A stretch of 62,762 nucleotides of DNA, filler included, from Collodictyon triciliatum (Eukaryota): NCBI GenBank assembly GCA_043381765.1. It is 7 parts of 7 records of this genome, joined end to end, with 100 filler letters (N's around TTAATTAATTAA, not from the genome) between each part and the next. Parts side by side here need not be neighbours in the genome. Positions count along the whole stretch, not along the records: positions 54,936 to 62,762 come from JBHJMP010000601.1; 6 more parts are not named here. One strand, written 5' to 3'. Below, in pieces: positions 58,901 to 62,762 of this stretch (position 1 is its first letter; every line of letters begins with the position of its first letter). The notes under the pieces were generated by a model. That model made no database searches. It saw only the letters and a program-made list of their open reading frames with translations, and was not told the origin of the DNA. Both the position numbers and the translations under genes were made by a program.

Positions 58901-60447
58901 AGGTGGTTTCTTTAGAAGAAATGAAAAATCAGCACAACATATCCATGCTTGAACAAAGGCAAGCCACTATTGCTCATGAAGCGAGAATCAAACAGCTGGA
59001 AAAGGATATTGAAAATAGCCTTAGTTCATTAGCATCTTTGGAGGAATCAAAAGGTCGCCTAGAGAGAGAAATACAAATTCAGACAGAGCAGATTATTTCT
59101 GACAAATCCATAATTCGTCAATTAAAGAGCGATGATAGTAAAAAGAAGGAAGAGATATCAGCCCTTGAACAGTCAGTGACGCTACTGAATCAGGAATCAC
59201 AATCCCAAGTAAAAAAAATCAAGGAATTGGAATTCAAAATAAATCGATATGAGGAAGATAACCAATTGTTCAAGGAAGAAATTTCTCGCACGGAGGAAAC
59301 TAACCGTGTTTTGTCCAGGGAAATCGAGGGCCAAAAGAAGACTCAAAAAGAACAGGAATCAAGAATCTCCCAACTTGAAACAGAAGTCGAGAAAAGCCTT
59401 AACGAAATAACAGCTTTGGGTGAATCAAAGAGTCAGCTTACGACACAATTGCAAGTCCAAATGAAAAGTAATGGGGTATGTGAGTTGAAGATAAACCAAC
59501 TCGAGAAAGAGTTAGAAAGAAATTTACTTGCTATTTCTGATCTCGAGGCATCAAGAAACCAGCTTATCAGAGAGAAGCAGGTTCAATCAAAAAATATTGG
59601 TGCCTATGAAGTCAAAATTAGCCAACTGGAGAGAGAAATTGACGGGGCTTTGAAGGAAATAGCTCAGCTCGAAGAAATGAAAAACAAACTTTTCCAAGAA
59701 GCTCAAATTCAAATCAGCAAGATTGCCGCACACGAGGCTAAAATAAATCGTCTAGAGGATGGACTTGATTCAAAACTGAGGGAAATATCGATTCTGGAAG
59801 AGTCCAAAAACCAACTCACTCAAGAGAATCAAAGCCAAACAAGCAAACTGGAAACACAAGAGACCAGTATTATTCGCCTATCAGAGGACATGCGGAGCCT
59901 TGAACAACGAATAGGTTTTTTCTTCTCTATTCAATGGACTCACTTCTATTTTAAATTAGTGTTATATGGGGTGTCTGAAATAATTCTCTACTTTAAAAAG
60001 CTTCCTTAAACTCCGAAATAATCGGATATCGCCACACAATAAGCCAGCTTCAGCTTGATGCCCAAACCAATGGTACTTTCATGAAATTACACCTTACACA
60101 TATTCAATTCATCTTTTAATTTATGAAGCCAACATCTCCACCATCCTGCACAAAATTGAAAGGAAGAATAAAAAAAATCTTTTAATTTATGATTTTTTTT
60201 TTTAAAAAAAGCCAATCTAACTGGTCTACATTTCAGATTTCATCAGTTCACAGCAAAAGAATTCGATCGAGGAACTCACGAATAAGTTTAAAACATCTCA
60301 AGAAAACCTGGTTGTAATAGAGTCCAAACTTCGATACTCTGGTAATTGTCTGAAATTGTTGAAAAACATTACAAAAGAAAAAAAAAGCAAGGAATTAAAA
60401 TATTACCTATTGAACAGTCTGCATAAACCTTACAGCCTTATTAACTA

Positions 60448-60487
<40 letters not shown>

Positions 60488-62536
60488 TTTTTNNNNNNNN
60501 NNNNNNNNNNNNNNNNNNNNNNNNNNNNNNNNNNNNNNNNNNNNNNNNNNNNNNNNNNNNNNNNNNNNNNNNNNNNNNNNNNNNNNNNNNNNAAAAGAAA
60601 AAAGAAAAAAGAAAAAAGAAAAAAGAAAAAAGAAAAAAGAAAAAAGAAAAAAGAAAAAAGAAAAAAGAAAAAAGAAAAAAGAAAAAAAAGGCATTGGTAA
60701 ATATCATAATTTTAATACTAAATTTATTGTCTTTTTATTAATATCTATTCGTCAAGAAAAATCAAAGTTAGAAAATGAGATAACTTCTCTTCGACAGCGA
60801 GCGGAGGAAAGTGAATATGCTTGGAGATCCAAAGTTCAGACACTAGGCAAACTTCATCAGAATACAATCTTTCATGGAAGAAACCTAGATGCATATGAAT
60901 AATTTTTACAATCATATACATGCAATAGTTGGTATATACATATACTCAAGTGAATAGACATTTCTAATAAGGTCTACTAATGCTATCCTATTCCTTTATT
61001 ATTATTATTATTATTATTATTTTTTTTGCTTTCTTTCAGAAAATCATGTGGAAGCAAGAAACGCCGAAGTTTTGCGCTTAAATAAGGAAATGCATAACAC
61101 GACGTTGGAGAAAAATCAGACAGATTTAAACATAGGAAAGCTTCAAACCGAAAACGGTATGCGTGCTGTGCGAGAGAAATCACATTCATAATTATGATAC
61201 ATTATCTGATTATGTATTGTTTTAGATCGAATGATTGAAACCGTAGCCCATTACAAATCAGAAATGGAGCAACTTCGAAGCGAGCACCAGACATCAATAT
61301 CCGATAATCGTAATATTGCGCATTGAAAGATATATAATACTAACACCCGCTTTTTTTTCTTTTTCGTTTTCTTTTTCTATCCAATTCGAATATTTGCAAT
61401 TTTGATATGCTCCATTCCTGGGGTAATCTGGAAAACACCGCGAAGTGAATACATATGAAATAAAATACAACTTTAGATGACATCATTGATTTTGTAGATA
61501 AATTACAACTTCAAATATCGAAACTTGAGCGCGAGTTAGAAATATCGAAAGCTTACATAGGCTTTAAGGACGAAATGTCCATTAAGCATTCTGAATTCGA
61601 AAAAGATAACCTTCAGGCCATGAGTATGTATTATCTTCTGTATTCAACTGCATCTAAACAAGAAACCCAAAATCGATCAAACACAATGAGAGGGATACCT
61701 TATAGCATTTATTTATTTATTTATAAAACATCAGATGGGGAATTATCGGCAACTCATGAAAAGACATTGCTCCAGTTACAAAGACTATCTTCGGATATAA
61801 TTCGTTACCAAAATGAAAATAGTAAGCAGAATATCACCATTTAGAATTATTTCATCATAGAATTGTCATATCCCACTCTTCAAATTTATCCACTTTAATT
61901 TTTCTTTCTTGAGGTCATTATATACTGTCCTGTTGAATCCGAAGACATAACATTAACGCAAATTACTCAATACAGCCGATTTAAAGCTAAAAATTGCAGA
62001 GATAGAAAGGAAGGCATCAGAACAGATACAATCATATAAAGGCAACCTAGAGGTTGTCAGTAAGTGGTTTGATATATGCTTTATGCTTATTATGTAATGG
62101 ACCGGCTTCATGTTATACAGATTCAGCGTTCTTGTTTGCGTTTTATTGATACTGTTCCTAATTTACATGCGATAATACTACCAAATCTCATAAAGACCAA
62201 GAACTGTCAGGAAAACTTGATAAAGTCGTATCCGAGAGCCAACAACTGTCTTCAAATTTGGCGCAATACCAGAGAGAAAACGGTCTGTAGTTTTCCTCTC
62301 CCCTAAAGAATATAGCAATTAATCATCACCGAATATATGTTTCACTTAATTCTTTTAGTTTGTGCGAGGTGAGAAGGGTTTAGCTTTACCAAGCATCATC
62401 GTTAATGCTACATAACTGAATAGTTCTCATGCTCTAAATATTGTATTATAGACGAATTAAAGACAAAAATCGTGGATATGGACGCCCAAATTCACAAGCA
62501 ATTAAAATCCTTGAAAAGCATGGAGTTAGAGATCGG
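55975..62536 (+). CDS. Large coiled-coil protein with IQCE-like N-terminal region; continues beyond window
   Basis: In-phase exons LRKRVASLEQEKAILTTKLSQM and LRKKVKDMEDIILNKDEELAKYKDSQRGARVDELEILNQKYLEE|INRVRAL resemble the conserved IQCE coiled coil; then many heptad-rich exons. Start approximate; family call tentative. Confidence 0.7.
56146..56249. repeat. Intronic 12-mer array (CAACCATTCAAC)n
   Basis: Directly visible. Confidence 0.95.
56476..56560 (+). mobile_element. 85-nt 5'-truncated copy of the L1-like element (3'UTR + stem-loop + oligo-A), intronic
   Basis: ...cccctttgtatggcataacctcgctgcactttgaatcgaataaaggaaaaaaaa matches ~32260-32345; 17-bp TSDs tattctacaatccatcc (56459-56475) / tattctacagtccatcc (56561-56577). 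Confidence 0.88.
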
Positions 62537-62762
62537 TTAGTTTCGTCTTGGCAGATTCCCCTCTAAACGTCACTATCATCATATTGCTTGAAATTGAGCT
62601 CAATAAAATGCTGTTGTCGTTTACCTTTTTTTTGGTTTTTTATTTTATTTTATTTTATTTTATTTTATTTTTTGTTTTGTTTTGTTTTGTTTTGTTTTGT
62701 TTTGTTTTGTTTTGTTTTGTTTTGTTTTGTTTTGTTTTGTTTTGTTTTGTTTTGTTTTGTTT

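Overview
Eukaryotic, AT-rich, intron-dense genomic DNA, most likely from a flagellated protist. The introns I traced are canonical GT-AG and the standard genetic code fits. The window is not contiguous: seven scaffolds are joined by six artificial 100-nt linkers (N44-TTAATTAATTAA-N44), so neighbourhoods across linkers mean nothing. Spliced genes reconstructed by eye: a DUF4062-NACHT-TPR (NPHP3-like) STAND protein, a DHHC palmitoyltransferase, ARPC5, the KATNIP 3' part, the WDHD1/Ctf4 5' part, two head-to-tail 6TM GFG/CNBD-family channel modules, CCDC96/CFAP184, PABPN1, an unknown multi-exon gene, a calaxin-like EF-hand gene, BABAM2 (split by a scaffolding error), NEK10 and an IQCE-like coiled-coil gene. 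The most striking unexplained structure is a family of ultra-short (about 24-29 nt) retroposon stubs, consensus CTTTG(A/G)ATC(G/A)AATAAAGG-A(n). Most have 11-18 bp target-site duplications, all start at about the same base (the foot of a small stem-loop), and they match the 3' end of an L1-like LINE whose longer remnants are also present. Other highlights: a DHHC catalytic motif built from 9-nt and 12-nt microexons, a possible in-frame splice fusing the two channel modules, and a 42-aa coiled-coil repeat exon. All homology calls come from motif recognition, not database searches.
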